The position numbers and the translations under genes were made by a program. Positions 49,801 through 62,610 of a stretch of 64,000 bases of DNA are shown here, in pieces. Source of the stretch: Phoronis australis (lineage: Eukaryota > Animalia > Phoronida). The DNA lies in the NCBI GenBank assembly GCA_002633005.1, contig NMRA01000083.1:74896-138895 (forward strand), read 5' to 3'. The notes beneath the pieces are model-generated. The model did not search any database. It was not told where the DNA came from and saw only the letters and a program-made list of their open reading frames with translations. Position 1 is the first letter of the stretch, and each line of letters opens with the position of its first letter.

Positions 49801-52666
49801 ATTCGCTGTCAGTTGTCATTTTATCGGATATTCGGCTTAAAAACACCAATTATGGTTAATCAAACAATCCATCTAAAAAATAACGCAAACATGTTTTATA
49901 GTATTAGAAATTGTCGGAAATTAGGGCCAATATTCATTTCTTACCGATGCTATGCTACCCGTTTCATGAATGGATAGTTCCCAACTAATGTCTTTGATGA
50001 CAGCTATGTTCATATATGTAGCGCGCGCTTTCTGGCCACGTGGGTTCAACACCGAGTTATTTTTATTCATGAGACAGTCGATGTGTACTGTGAGGTCAGA
50101 CCATAGTGGGACACGGTCGTCGCGAAAGTAGCAACGCTGTTGCGTTCTTTTTGAAGCGATGTGTTACTTTGAAGTGTATTGTCACGGCTAAATACAAACG
50201 TAGCAGTGCCGCTGGTGGTCTAGAAGACCCGTGCAAAACTTTTTTGATAAATTGAAGACGAGTTTTAGAACTGAAGGTACGTCATTGTTCGCATGTACAC
50301 GTTCATGGACTGGGCGCTTATTCCAGCAAAGTCTGAAAACGCGTGGGGGTGCGCTTATAGGGGCATGGGCGGTTATTACGGCGAATACGGTATTATATGC
50401 GCATCGATATCCGCAACCTAATGAAACAGAAATACAATCGGCCGTCAGCAAGTCAAAGTCTTTCAGGTGCCATTTAAAGTTGTGATGTCAATTAATAGTT
50501 CACCGATTTCTAAAAATCGAAAACCCGACAGTGTTAATTTTTATTGGCGAAGGCCAGATAATCACTTAGCCCACATTAAACTGGGTACACATGTTAGCCC
50601 TATTGTGCCTAGACAGTAACCACTGTCAGTCCTACTGGCACGCAGGACGGTGTAGCTCCTATGGGCGCTTCAAACGCCGGAAGCTTTTCGACGAATTATG
50701 CCTTGCACTGACTAAAACATCAAAGTCACATTGTTATAAATACCTTTAGCTCACAAAGGGACACCTCAAAAGGTTGTTGATGAATTTAATTCTTTCAAAC
50801 TCGAACAAATACTCACGTTATCAAACTTTTTCTTTGAGCAGTCCCTCGTTCAGTTCCCAAAATCGGTAACTCACGTTTTTTAACCCTGCGTGTGCCAGGT
50901 GGTATGACGTCATATCCCCTTGCGCGTGCAGTGTTGAAAATGGTGAGTTACCGATTTTGGGGACTGTTCGAAGAAAAAGTTTGATAACGGGAGTATTTGC
51001 TCGAGTTGGAAGGAATTAAATACATCGATGGCCTCCTACGGTGTCCCTCTATGCGCAAAAGGTATTTATAACAACGTAGCTTTGATGGTGTAGTCAGTGG
51101 GAGACATTCTCTGAAAATCTTCCGGCAAATGAAGCGCCTACAGGAGCTTCACAGTCTCTACTGCGGAGCCAGAAGAGGCTGTGGTCACTGTCTATATTGT
51201 GCCTCAATTACTCTCATATGTCAATACCTGAGCAAGGTCCATATTTCCAGTTGAGGTCAAACTGTCTTAGTGTCTCTAAGTCATCATTCTGGGAAGTGCC
51301 GACAGCAGCAACAACAGTAGAAGAGGCTGAAAATATACATAAATTTATTGTTCACATTTTTGACAAACATTAGCCTAAACTTACTATACAGACAGAATGC
51401 ATATTTATTTCTATAGGCAACACATCGCCCCTCGGTTGGCTGGTTGGGGCTACAGTACTTCCCATCGCTTTCTGTACGAATTTCGTCCCGTGTATTTTAA
51501 ACGGGCGGTAGGCCTAATCCGGCCACCGATTAAGAGTTTTCACCTCGTCAAAAATACACTCTACATTCAAAACTATCATTTAAAAATAAGCTTACTTTCT
51601 TCAGTTATCCTTTCTGCTTCTACACATATCTTCGATGCAATTTATGCATATCTACTAGAATTAAGGTGACTTTGGAGAAGAATTGAAGCTCCACTTTTTG
51701 GTCACTATTAACTTTTTCACCGCGCACACAATAACCACAAAATATTTCAAATGAGTCACGTGAGTTAGGCAAAAACCTAGCACGAGACTGAACGAAGCGC
51801 ATGACCTGGCACGTAACAATTGCAAAATAGCATGGGTAGATTTCAGGTGGCATTTCGGGGTTTTCCCGTTGATCCCATTAACTTGTTCAATTCTATAGCC
51901 CAACAACAAGTTGGGAAGATGACCCCTGTAGCCAATATCTTACACGGCTGATTAACTCCATTCTGGCATTTATGGTTGGAGGGCCATCTTTTGTTCGATA
52001 ATTGCTCTAATCTCCAATAAGTACTAGCCTGACTGGGCCGTGCTGTTAAAAATAAAACTAAAAGTTAAGTTATAACATATTTGAACGTAAACCAATAGCA
52101 TTTCTGAATTCCTCGTCAAATGCTGATCACATTTTGTTTGTGAATCGATCGCCAAAATCGCCTAACTACAACCGAAGTTACGACAATCCATATTCTTTCC
52201 ACTTCGCACTGGGTTTGACTGTGTTCTTATGTGGTCGGTAATAAGCCTGGTAGATAATTGGCCTGCATGTCGTTGTACCAGACAAAAGACTGTGCTTGGC
52301 ACTAAACAAAGGAGCTAGATGTTATCACACGCTCACAACCCTCTACGTCTGGTAAAGTCACTGCGGCATCCAGGGCGATGTAATTGCCTAACTTAATCTC
52401 TTAATAGCCAGCCAGCTACCAGTATTAAGACCAAAGTCAAAACACACATTGGAATCACTTCGAAATTTCACACTGCCCTTGTTCTGCTGGTCCGCTCATC
52501 ATTGTGAAACTTTAATGCCAATTAAATGTGTCGTATTCAACATTGTAATGATCCGATGATCGTATACCAATAACTCACTTTTGCAGACTTTACCTTTGGA
52601 TTTAAGTTGATGTCTCGTAATATGTTTAGATTTCGGAAATTCTCCAGTGATCTTGGGTGTTGACAT
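46831..52666 (-). CDS. POLD4: DNA polymerase delta subunit 4 (p12; 4 exons, about 107 aa)
   Basis: Exons 52666-52579 (alternative in-phase donor at 52594), 51326-51228, 48166-48055 and 46855-46831 join in phase. Reads LETLRQFDLNWKYGPCSGISRLDRWNRA..LNPP..SVWYDYEL*. The N-terminal KITGEF is PIP-like. The first exon is inferred. Confidence 0.88.
48460..48802. mobile_element. Mutator-like MITE (internally deleted foldback)
   Basis: About 30-bp TIR TAGACAATGACCAT(C/T)GTCT(C/G)TGCTGGTGCAG and 9-bp TSD GGCCTAGGC. Interior matches one arm of 50610-51194. Confidence 0.8.
48980..50390. mobile_element. Tc1/mariner (pogo-like) non-autonomous element, 1411 bp
   Basis: Perfect 25-bp TIR CCGTATTCGCCGTAATAACCGCCCA with TA TSD on both sides. 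Inverted relative at 62611-64000. Confidence 0.85.
50610..51194. mobile_element. Mutator-like foldback element
   Basis: TAGACAG...CTGTCTA ends, diverged inverted arms of about 290 bp centred on ATGACGTCAT (about 50904-50913), 9-bp TSD TATTGTGCC. Confidence 0.8.
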
Positions 52667-52983
52667 TTTGATGAATCACATACTTCTAGTTTCAAGCGAA
52701 GCAAACAGCCCAGTTTTCTAGACGCGTTGCACGCCTGGGCAAAGCTGAACTGACGCCAATCAAGTTGTTTACAAATAAACCACTTCCTTGCCGAACAATA
52801 AAATACTTTCAATTATCCAAAATATATTTTAATATTAAAAATATCTTGTACTCAAATGAAATTATTCAAATATGAATGTGTACCGAATAGTTAATGATGT
52901 TCATAAGATTTTTATTAAGCAAATATTCGAAGTAATTTAGCGGAAATACAGAAATCTCGCGGGAGGACACGTTTGTTGTGAAA
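52667..52983. promoter_or_regulatory. Putative bidirectional promoter POLD4/TBL2
   Basis: Divergent inferred ATGs with 317 bp between them. ETS-like CACTTCC and GCGGAAAT, and TCTCGCGGGA just upstream of TBL2. Confidence 0.55.
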
Positions 52984-55900
52984 ATGGAGCAAGAGGGTGA
53001 TCAAAGTTTGCCGGTAATCGCAGTTACTGCTGCAGTCGGAGCCGTGGTTATCTTGTTCATGATTGTGTGCAACATATTCAGAAGAGACAAAACAGAGTTT
53101 AAGAAAGGTGTGACGAAAGTTTGCCAAATCTTCTATTGTTTTTTTTGAGGATCTCCGTCTACTCTTCAGCTTTCTGTCGGTGTCTTTCAATCAAAATTCA
53201 AATCAAATTGTTCAACTTTGCCTGCCAGTGTCACATGATTCACTCTGGGCTCTGTCCGGGGTAGAGTTCAGTAACGCTAGGACCTCGCTAAAATCCATCC
53301 GAAATCGCATGTTCTCATTTAGAATACACGTCAAAATCTCACTTAATCTTGCAAAGTCTTGCTTTTTAACGATGTTCTAGCCTTACTGAAACCCTACCGG
53401 GTTTTGTAGCCTAGACAGTCCTAGTCTAGTACCATAGCCTATGGCATAGCAAGACTAGACCGCTCAGTCTCTTCTGGTTCATGATTGGTCATAGAAGGGA
53501 CTTGGCAGGAACCATTAAAAACATGGTGTGGGAGAATTTAGTCTTGGTGCAAAGCTGTATACTATACATATACAGCTTTGCGCCAATGTAGTTAAAGGAG
53601 AATGTCACCCGATTTATCTAAGTCTTTTTTACCGTTTTAATTGGTCTATATCCACATCGCCTCTTATACGGTCGACCTCACCTTGCCGAGAGGTGTCGCG
53701 TTAACCTGTGAGGAAGGTGAGAAACGACGCAGCGACATAAGTGGTTCGTCTGCAGAGTGAATGCCACTATATTGCGGCGCATCGTTCCCGCTTGTCCAAA
53801 CTATGAAGCTGCAAAGAAAGCGGGTATATAGTTTTTCGACTTCTTGGAAAGCCCGAAATGCTTAGGAAGTGGCTCGCGGTAGTGAAGAATGAAAGGTACG
53901 CTGTTAATAGCAAGTATGAGGCCGTGAAACATCTCTTTGTCTGTGGCCAGCATTTCGTCGACAGTGATTTCTCTGACGAATTCCGGCTTACCAAAGAACT
54001 ATCCATAGGTTCCGTTGCCTGTGCATGTTCACGGCGCCTCTCTAGTTACATTTCTTGATCAGTGTATTCTGGTACGAACTGATTGCCTGTGAAACCTTAT
54101 GATACGACCCGTGAAGTCTTCGTCGGATGAGCTCTTGTCTAAGTCGGGATAAGCGCCGGGCGAGTTGCCATGTAGACGTTTATTATTCTGCGTTCTGTTT
54201 CAAAATGAATTATTCTCATCCTAACCAATGCCATTATGAAACTGAAACAAAGTCTGTCTCATTAGATACAATTGTATTGCCTTGGCGTGCTTGTGACTGC
54301 AAATATTTTGAGAAGCCAGCAATGAATAAACCACTGCGTTACCAGCTTTTGATGCCAGCAACAAAGGTAATTGACCAGGCACCGAGGTTGTGTGAGCGCA
54401 TGCTAACTCAGTGTTTGCTGACAGAAAGCTGTTGTGAAACAATTACTCGATTTTATGTGCTATGGTCACATGTTAGGGGAATCTTTAAAATACATTATTC
54501 AAATCATTGTTACTGTACAACCTTTGCCCTGACGGTCTGTGGAAGGGGATCCCGGTACGGGCCTGATCGGGTTCCGAGCCACTGGCTGGGATAACGAGTC
54601 AGTCCGGCCGCGATGCCGGGCCTAGTGATCGGGTTCCGAGCCACTGGCCAGGATAACAAGCGTTTTGTGTGTTTAGAACTCAAAAAATCACAAGTATAAA
54701 CAATGCAGATCTAGGTTCTTCTGTCTGTATTTCACGGAAGAATACTTCAAATTTATCTCCGAACAGACAACAAACTCCTGCTATGGACCTTGGTAAATTG
54801 ACCTGCCAAAATTTGTAGGCTACGGTGTCCAAATATATGTAAATCCGTTACTGCGAAATAAAACAACATGTTTTTATAAGAACTAGGTGTATTTTTAAGG
54901 GTTTTACTTCGAAGTTTGATGATTTATTCGTGTTAAACGATGACTTCAAGCGATAAGCTGACACCAGTAACCCATGTTGAGAACTGCTGAACAGACTGCA
55001 TGTGAAACCAATTACGTCATTGGATAATTTCGACACCTCCGTCTGCCGTCAGATGTCAGGTAGCGTAACCGAACGTGCCAGTATCGAGTAGAACTACTCA
55101 ATCTAAATTGATACAAAATAGGTTGTTTTTGGGTGGCATTCTCCTTTAAAAACTGCCCAAATAAAATCTGATACAAAAGTTAGTGTCATTAAAATCCACA
55201 CTCTCTCTTGTGTAACTAAATTATTTAGTACCGTTAGAAAAATAGGCGTGCTGTTGTTATTCTGCACTAAAGTTGTGGACGGATCATATGCGTCAGCTTT
55301 CGGCACCAAGAAACGTATTGGCAGTTTCTTTTTTCACCAGTTCTTCAATCAACTGATCTTCTTCCAAGAGGTTGCATACATGTCACAACAACTTATCGGA
55401 ACTGGTTTCATTTTGTTATAAGTTTTTAGTATTTTAACCAGCAAACTGATAAAATAGCAAAACCTGCTGTTGTTAATCAGTTCTTCGAACGACGGGGGTA
55501 AATAAAGATTCTTGATTCTTGATTCTGAGAGAAAATTTGGCTGCTGCAAAGCTGTCATCATCTTCTGAGAGATCTTGCAAAAAATTAGCTAACAGCTAGC
55601 ATGTGCAGTTTTCAAAGCAATATTGATAGACTGTTCTTTGTTTCAAAACATGCAGAATTATGCAAGAAAATGTGATGTTTATTAGATTGTTTTTCACTTA
55701 AACGGCTGCAACGGACAAGATGAGTGTCGGTTTACTCAGATTTTACACGCATCCTGGCCGATTTTGGCAATTGTCTTCATTACAGCTACTGATCTTGCAT
55801 GTCAATTTCAAAAGGTCTATTGTGTGTGACTGACACCCATGATTTTCAAACCATCCCCGCAAAATTGTAGTGTACTATGCCGACTAGTTACCCTCTCGAA

Positions 55901-58900
55901 GCCCAAAATGTGGGCCAATTTGGAGAACCCAGTGGCGGATTTAGAAGGGGGCCATGACCCCCCCTAAAATTTTCCTAAGGCAGATTCCATTTGGCAGTAC
56001 GGGCGTGCGAATGTCTGACGGGCAAAATCCTGGCTCANCAACTCAAAATCCTGGATCCGCCCCTGGAACCTATGGGCCAAGTTAGTTTTTTGTCGTTTTT
56101 CGCTTCTTATTTTAATGCAGGCATAGTGCGCACTCCTATAATTATCCGTGCTTCAAGTAAATTGGCATTGAAAACTCGAAAAAAGCGAAATAGATGGGTC
56201 ATTCTCCAAAATGGCTGCCGAGAACCAGTTTCACTGAATGACGGTAATAGCGTTACCGTCAGGGGCAGCCATTCTAAAGAGGAACCCGTCTACAACTTTC
56301 ATCTTAATAAGGGCGCAGATGTCGGATTGGTCCCCTCAACACTATAATTCTAGCTTTTACTTTTAATTCCATGGGACAGTTGATCATGTTGATGTCCACC
56401 TGGTAACAGCAACACGTTTGTAATCTCACTGTCTGTGTTTACTGTGCTGGTGTTAGTTTGTAGTACTAAATCCGCAGTAGTGAGCGACACCTATCAGGGC
56501 AGGCAAGTCAACTCACATGACTTTCCAAATAAGGAAGAGAATGCAGTTAAGCACTTGACTATGCGCTGGAATGGGGATACACGAAGCCCCTACTTGTTTA
56601 TCATTAGGGCTACAATACTCCCCACAGGGCTATGTACAACTCCAGTAGCCGGTAGTCCAATTCCTGCTACCAAGTAAGAATTGCGTTTTCACCTCATCAA
56701 AAATACAATCACTTTACACTTAAAATTGTCACTTATAAAAGCACTTGCCTTCTTCAGCTATGCTGTTGGATTTTATGCATACCCTCAATGACGCCTGGGA
56801 ATTACGATGGATTTCGTGAAGAATTACAACTCCAAGATCTTACTTGGTAACTGCAGTTGGACTACCGTCATTAAAATTCATGCGGCTGAAATGTACATCC
56901 TGATATGGAGTATTATACCACAATATTAGCGTCAAATGGCAGATAAAACCGTGTAATAACCCATAAAGTTATCTCACTAGTGAGATAACGATTTGGCGGG
57001 AAACCAAGGACGGAGTCGAACCCGGGACCTTGGTAGTGCTGATCGCCGACTTTAACCACTACACCACGCAGCGACTGACGTCATCAAGAGTGAAAATAGA
57101 ATACTTAAATGAGCACGCGCAATAATCGCACGTTCAACAAACCGCATTGTACTGTACTTATACGCTACGAAAAATAAGACACATAATTTCCATAAAAATG
57201 ATATCTTAATTCAGTGAAATTTTTCTCTCATGTCCTCTTACTTGTAAATCATCGATCTCCAGTTTGAATGCGGGTATCGTGTCGTCAGGATCTTTGACTT
57301 GAGAATTATATTCAGTTACCAGTGGTAACCTACTTTAGCAGACGATAATTTCCCGGTCGAAGCTTAGCGTGTAAAAAACGTGTTTTAAGCTATAATAGTT
57401 GCTTAACCTTAATTTAGAGATTCACTTCATTTCTATTTTGTTTTAATTTCCAATTGGTTTTGAGTATAAGCATTATTTGACAAAAATAGCTCGGCTTTTC
57501 TTAAAAGGTCACGACCTCCGACCCCGGGCCTCTGACATAGAAAGTAGTTACAAAGCCGAGGCGAGTCGAGAAAGGTAGATCGATTCATTGCAATGTTTCT
57601 CGTTTAGTATGTGGTATAAATAGATTATTACATGTTCTCAGTCGTTATCCCCCTTATCTAGAGCCCTCGTGGATTTTGTAGAATTATCACCCTCGGGGCT
57701 GACGCCCCTCGGGCGATAATTCTCCAAAATCCACTCGGGCTCTAGATAACGGGGGATAACGACTTCGCCATGTAATAATCTATATTTATAGCCCCAATGT
57801 CTCACTAGTAGGGGTTACTTGTTGCCTAGGAGCAGACAGATTTGCCATTTCAAGATCAATATGCCTCTTCAAAAATGTGCAAGTAATGATTTACTATTGG
57901 CCACACGTTTGGGTAGTTGAGTAACTTTTACGTGGATGTTTATTTAAACATGTTTGATCAAAATTTATAAAAAATTCAGTGTACTATGGAAAGCCATGAA
58001 TAAGTGTTTAAAAGTTATGACTGAAGTAAAACAATTGCTTTGCTTATTAATTTCCTTTCAGAGGAGGACGTAGTACCTGTGTCCAACGGTGCCAAAGCTC
58101 CACCCCAAGCACAGCAGAAGAAACAGAAATTTACACATAGACAAAAGAAGGAAGCACGAAATTTCACCCACCCTTGGCTGGCTGGCACACTGAAAGGTCA
58201 CAGCAGTCTTGTGTTGGGGCTGGACGTGAGTCCTAATGGAAAATACCTAGCTTCATGTGCAGAAGGTTAGTTTTATTAGTGATGTTCGCATTCGCAGTAA
58301 GGCCAAAGAATATAGCTTGATTGGTTCTCACTTGTGTTTTTTTGAAAATTGATGTGGTGATGTAATACTTTCTTAGTTGTCTGTATTGTGTATTGTCAAA
58401 ACAAAAAGGCATCTGATGACATCTGAAATGGGTTGGGAATTCCGGGCGTCGCCGGGGGGCCAACTGAATTGGTGCGGTATCCTTATTTTAGTCCCACCGT
58501 CAGTTGGTGCCATGTGAAATGGGTCGTGACTCATCTTTTCAGTGAGGGTCAGGTTTCAAAATAAGCCAGGCGCACACCAGAATTATTTCTGCTTTTTGGC
58601 TTAGTACGGTAAACCCTTTTCAATTTGCAATGTTTGGGGAAAATCAAGTCAAATTTCTTGACAAAAACGGAAAAATGTTTATTATTACCACTGTTAATGG
58701 TGTTCATCTGTCGTCCACCAACACACGGTGAAATTTTGAACATTTGTAGTAATGTACTAAGCCTTTGAAACATGCAGAAATTGCAAATTGGCTATTATTT
58801 TTTCAAATTTGAGGAAGCTTTACCATACATATTTTTCTCTATCAATAATCTGTCTTCCATTAATCTGTAATTTGTGTTTTTTTGTCTGCATTTTTGTGTT

Positions 58901-61900
58901 GGTTTGGGTACCTCAGTCGCTTTAATTTTAACATTCATCTTTTCTATTTTTCACTGCATGTTTATATTAACTTTCAGTGTGGCTTTAGTACGTAAGATAT
59001 TGCTTTTCACTTTTGTATCGTAGTATTGTGTTTGTCTTCCTGACAGATCGCACTGTCCTGTTGTGGAGTACCAAGGAGTTTGCCAATAAAGAACATAAAT
59101 CAATCAGAGCCAATGTGGATCTGGACCATGCGACTAAAGTGCGGTTTAGTCCAGACTCCAGGTTAGTGCACCTGCGCAGAGTGCTTTAACCCAAATGCCG
59201 GCTCACTGTTTGAAGGGAAGTCAGTGTCGGGAAATTTATTTTTGTTTGTTCATATAGTTTTATAAGGTATGTCAATGTAAGTTCCTTAACGTGGTGGACT
59301 GTTTATTTTAGTGATTTTTAATGCAACTCATCACACCAGCCTTAAAGCTGCTTACAACATATGACATTGCTCTTTATGATGTATTCATACAGAGCCATTT
59401 ATAATTACTGTATCTGCTTCATTTATCTTTTTAGAAAAATGTTTTCTTTTTTCTCTTTGTTGGCAGATTTTGCTCAAGACGAGTTTGTTTTATTCATGTT
59501 CAGCTGCTGCACACGGTTCTCTACACTGTCATGTCCTGTAAATCTAAAACACAAGACCGGGGTACACGCAAATTCTCGCCTTACCTATTGTTTGTTGCAT
59601 TTCAGAAGCTTTGTTAAGCGATGACAGTGTGCTGCCCAACAGGACGTCCCATGTTACAGCCCAAGTGGTTTAGTGCTGAAGTTGCTTTTTAACATCGAGA
59701 ATGTTTGTTTTGCAGCTTTCAATTAGAGTTGTCAGAACAACATAAGTGTATTAGCCGGAGAAACATAGAAATATGTTTTATTTCAGAAACTTCATAGTCA
59801 GTCTTGGAAATGGTAACGCAATCCGAGTATTTAAGATAGGCAAGAAAGACGATGGGTCTGCTGGCAGTGTGACACCTGTGCTGGACTTTGACCAGGTAAC
59901 ATTGATTGTTGGATGTGAGTGTCCATGGCTAATTTTGATTTTCCACGGTCTCACTAGTGTTTTTCAGTTGTCTTTTTGTTTGAAACTGTGCACATGCTCT
60001 TTGAAGACCTTTTTATGCGTCCGCATATTTATGTGGACGTATTATGGCATCATCCCAGTCTATCCGGCGTCCGTCCGCCGTCCACTGCTCTATCTACAAA
60101 ACCCTTTGACTTAAGTCCATGAAATTTTGCACATGTGTTCCTATCATGGATGGGGCGGCATGAGCAAACTTTCAGACAGATCCGACTACTGGTGTGCCCC
60201 CTAGTGGCAATTATAGTTTTTTACGCTTACCTCTGTATCTTCAATGGTCTTCAACGGATTTTCATAAAATCTGGCATTTAGGCATGTATTAGTGAGATGA
60301 CGCTGTCCTCCTGTTTTCGGATGGATTCAAGGTTTTTTGCACCACCTGGTGGCCATTTTTGCTGTTTTCGATTCTATTTTTGGTTTCCACCCTCTATCAA
60401 CCAAACCGCTCTAAGGATCTTTGTGAAAGTGTGAATTTATTCCTTATTTTGAAGACAATAGCTGACGAGTTTCCGACGACTTCGAATACTGAAGCGCCTC
60501 CTAGTTGAGTTCTGTTTTGTGCCCATGGCTGTATCTCCTAAACCTTCTGTAAGATCTTTAGTAAGTTTAGCAAGTGTATTTATATGAAGTTGAAAATAGA
60601 TGACGATGACTTTCGGACGGATCTGACTGCCTGTGTGCCCCCTAGTGGCAATTTTAGTTTTTTTACGTTTACCTCTGCATCTTCAAAGGTCCTCAATAGA
60701 TTCTAATAAAATTTGGAGAGATGATGGTATCCTTCCGTTTTCGGACGGATTCTAGGTGTTTTGCGTCACCTAATGGCCATTTTTGCTGTTTTCGAGTCTG
60801 TTTTTTGGCGTCCGCCCCTCTATCAACCAAACCATTCTAAGGATGATTTTGGCGTATATATTCTCAGTGTGAAGAAGACAGTTGATGGTGGCGACTTTGA
60901 CTACTAGGGGGCCTTCTAGTTGCAGTTTTGTTTTGTTTTGCTCCCACTGCAGAATCTTTTAAGTGTATTTATATGAAGTTGACAACAGACGAATACAACT
61001 TTCAGACGGATACGACGAACGCTGTGCTCCCTAGTGGCAATTTCATTTTTTCTTTGCTTTGCTGAAGCTCCGTGGCAGATTTTTATGAAATTTTTAAATA
61101 GCTCTCTATTAAAAAAAATGATGGCACATTCCCTATTTCAGGTGGATTCAACATATTTTGTGCCATCTAGTGGCCATTTGTTGATACGAATAAACAACCC
61201 TAGAAGCACGCTGTTTGTGGTACATTCGTGGGTGCATTTCAACGCTCCATATTGCTCTTGTTTGTTTATTTGGCGTTTTTTAATTACTATAAAATGTATT
61301 TTGAACTTCTTAGTCGATTTCTGAAGTGACATTAAGGCGACGCTAAACCCGCATTCTGATAAAAAATTTTGATTACAGGTATCATTTTAAGTTAAGTTCA
61401 ATGGCCACTGAAAAGTTCATGTATTGACTATTTCTGGAATCTGCAGTCTGTGAATTTGCAGCATTTGAGAAATGCATCATGTATCATTGCAGAAACACAC
61501 TGCAGAAATAATCAACATCGGCATTTCCTCCAATGGGAAGTTCATCATGAGTTGCCATAGAGACACCACCTTGCTTGTATGGGACTTGAAAGGTGAGCCC
61601 ATACTTTGCCTGATATTCAACCCAAAACTTAACGAATCACGTCATATGAAGTTTGATAGTTCTCTAAAATCGTGCCATGTGATTGATTAATTTTTAGTCA
61701 AAACTATAAAGATTGGTGTTCTTAGGGTATGATTCAGTGTTAAGTTATCTAAAGTAGATCTTCAATGTGAAGCTAACAGTTTGGTCCATTTTAGTGTGTA
61801 GAATAAAGGGATGAACAACAATGTTATTAGGTGCTTATATGTTGCTCTCTAGTAACAACACTTGGTCCCATTAGCCAAGTGCACGTCTTACCATCAGCGT

Positions 61901-62348
61901 GAATGAATGAGTAGTTATTGAGAAAGTAGCTACTTCCATAGAGATGTCTTTCAAATTAATTGGTATCAGGAATCGTTAAACTGATGAACCACTACAATTT
62001 GGACTTTTAATGTTGGTGTACTCTTTATTGTAAGTGCACTAGGCTGCATTTTCTAAGGTCATGCTGGATGAAACTCATCAAAGGATCTTGTTGTGCAATG
62101 TTGTAAAATGTTCCTTTATTGTTACGGCATTAACCTGCTACACTGTTTGCATTTAATGATTCAAAAGTCTTTGTCTGTGAAGAAAGCCTTCAAATTATCG
62201 TGTTCTACTGTGCTATGCAATGTTCACTAGTTGTTATAGTTTGTGCGTTATTTCTGTTTAGGTGAGGTCCTGGCTCGGGTTGATAGCCATCAAATGAACA
62301 ACGCGTACGGTGCTGTTTCCCCATGTGGCAGATTTATAGCTTCATCAG
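52984..62348 (+). CDS. TBL2: Transducin beta-like protein 2 (TM-anchored WD40 protein), 3' partial
   Basis: Exons 52984-53107 (TM anchor VIAVTAAVGAVVILFMIVC), 58062-58265, 59047-59161, 59787-59895, 61493-61592 and 62262-62348 join in phase. Motifs NFTHPWLAGTLKGHS, SPNGKYLASCAEDRT, RANVDLDHATKVRFSPD, AVSPCGRFIASSG. No stop within the window. Confidence 0.92.
53596..55145 (+). mobile_element. Kolobok-type non-autonomous element (family B, complete, 1550 bp)
   Basis: TTAA TSD and 15-bp TIR AGGAGAATG(T/C)CACCC. THAP remnant [11 protein letters not shown]...LFVCGQHFVDSDF. Confidence 0.85.
56913..57619 (-). repeat. tRNA-containing dispersed repeat bracketed by TTATACCACA / TGTGGTATAA inverted repeats
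   Basis: Reverse complement of 2770-3440. Perfect palindrome GTTATCTCACTAGTGAGATAAC at about 56968-56989. Confidence 0.75.
57621..57782. repeat. 162-bp foldback hairpin (MITE-like)
   Basis: About 78-bp arms TAGATTATTACATG... / ...CATGTAATAATCTA around a loop of a few nucleotides at about 57700. Confidence 0.85.
60015..61261 (+). mobile_element. HINE-family element in a TBL2 intron, opposite orientation to the other copies
   Basis: Both termini present (ATGCGTCCGCAT hairpin, GTCC microsatellite, ...GGGTGCATTTCAACGCTCC...GCTCTTGT). Motifs read GTGCCCCCTAGTGG. Confidence 0.8.
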
Positions 62349-62610
62349 GTAAATAATTACACTCTCATCAACACAAAATTGGAGTTATTGTTATAAAAAA
62401 CTAAATTCGTTTTTGGCCATTACATCAGCTCTATCTCCTAGCAGAACTGAAAAGTCGTTTTGGATAGAAGAGGTGGTAATTGTTCACAAACTTCACGTAG
62501 TCGAAATTTAAAAAGATTTTCATTGTGGAAGCAAAAAACGTATTGAGTGTCGCAGTAATAACATTCAAATCACTAACGAAGAAATAAAAAATCTTAATTG
62601 GCTGTATTTA

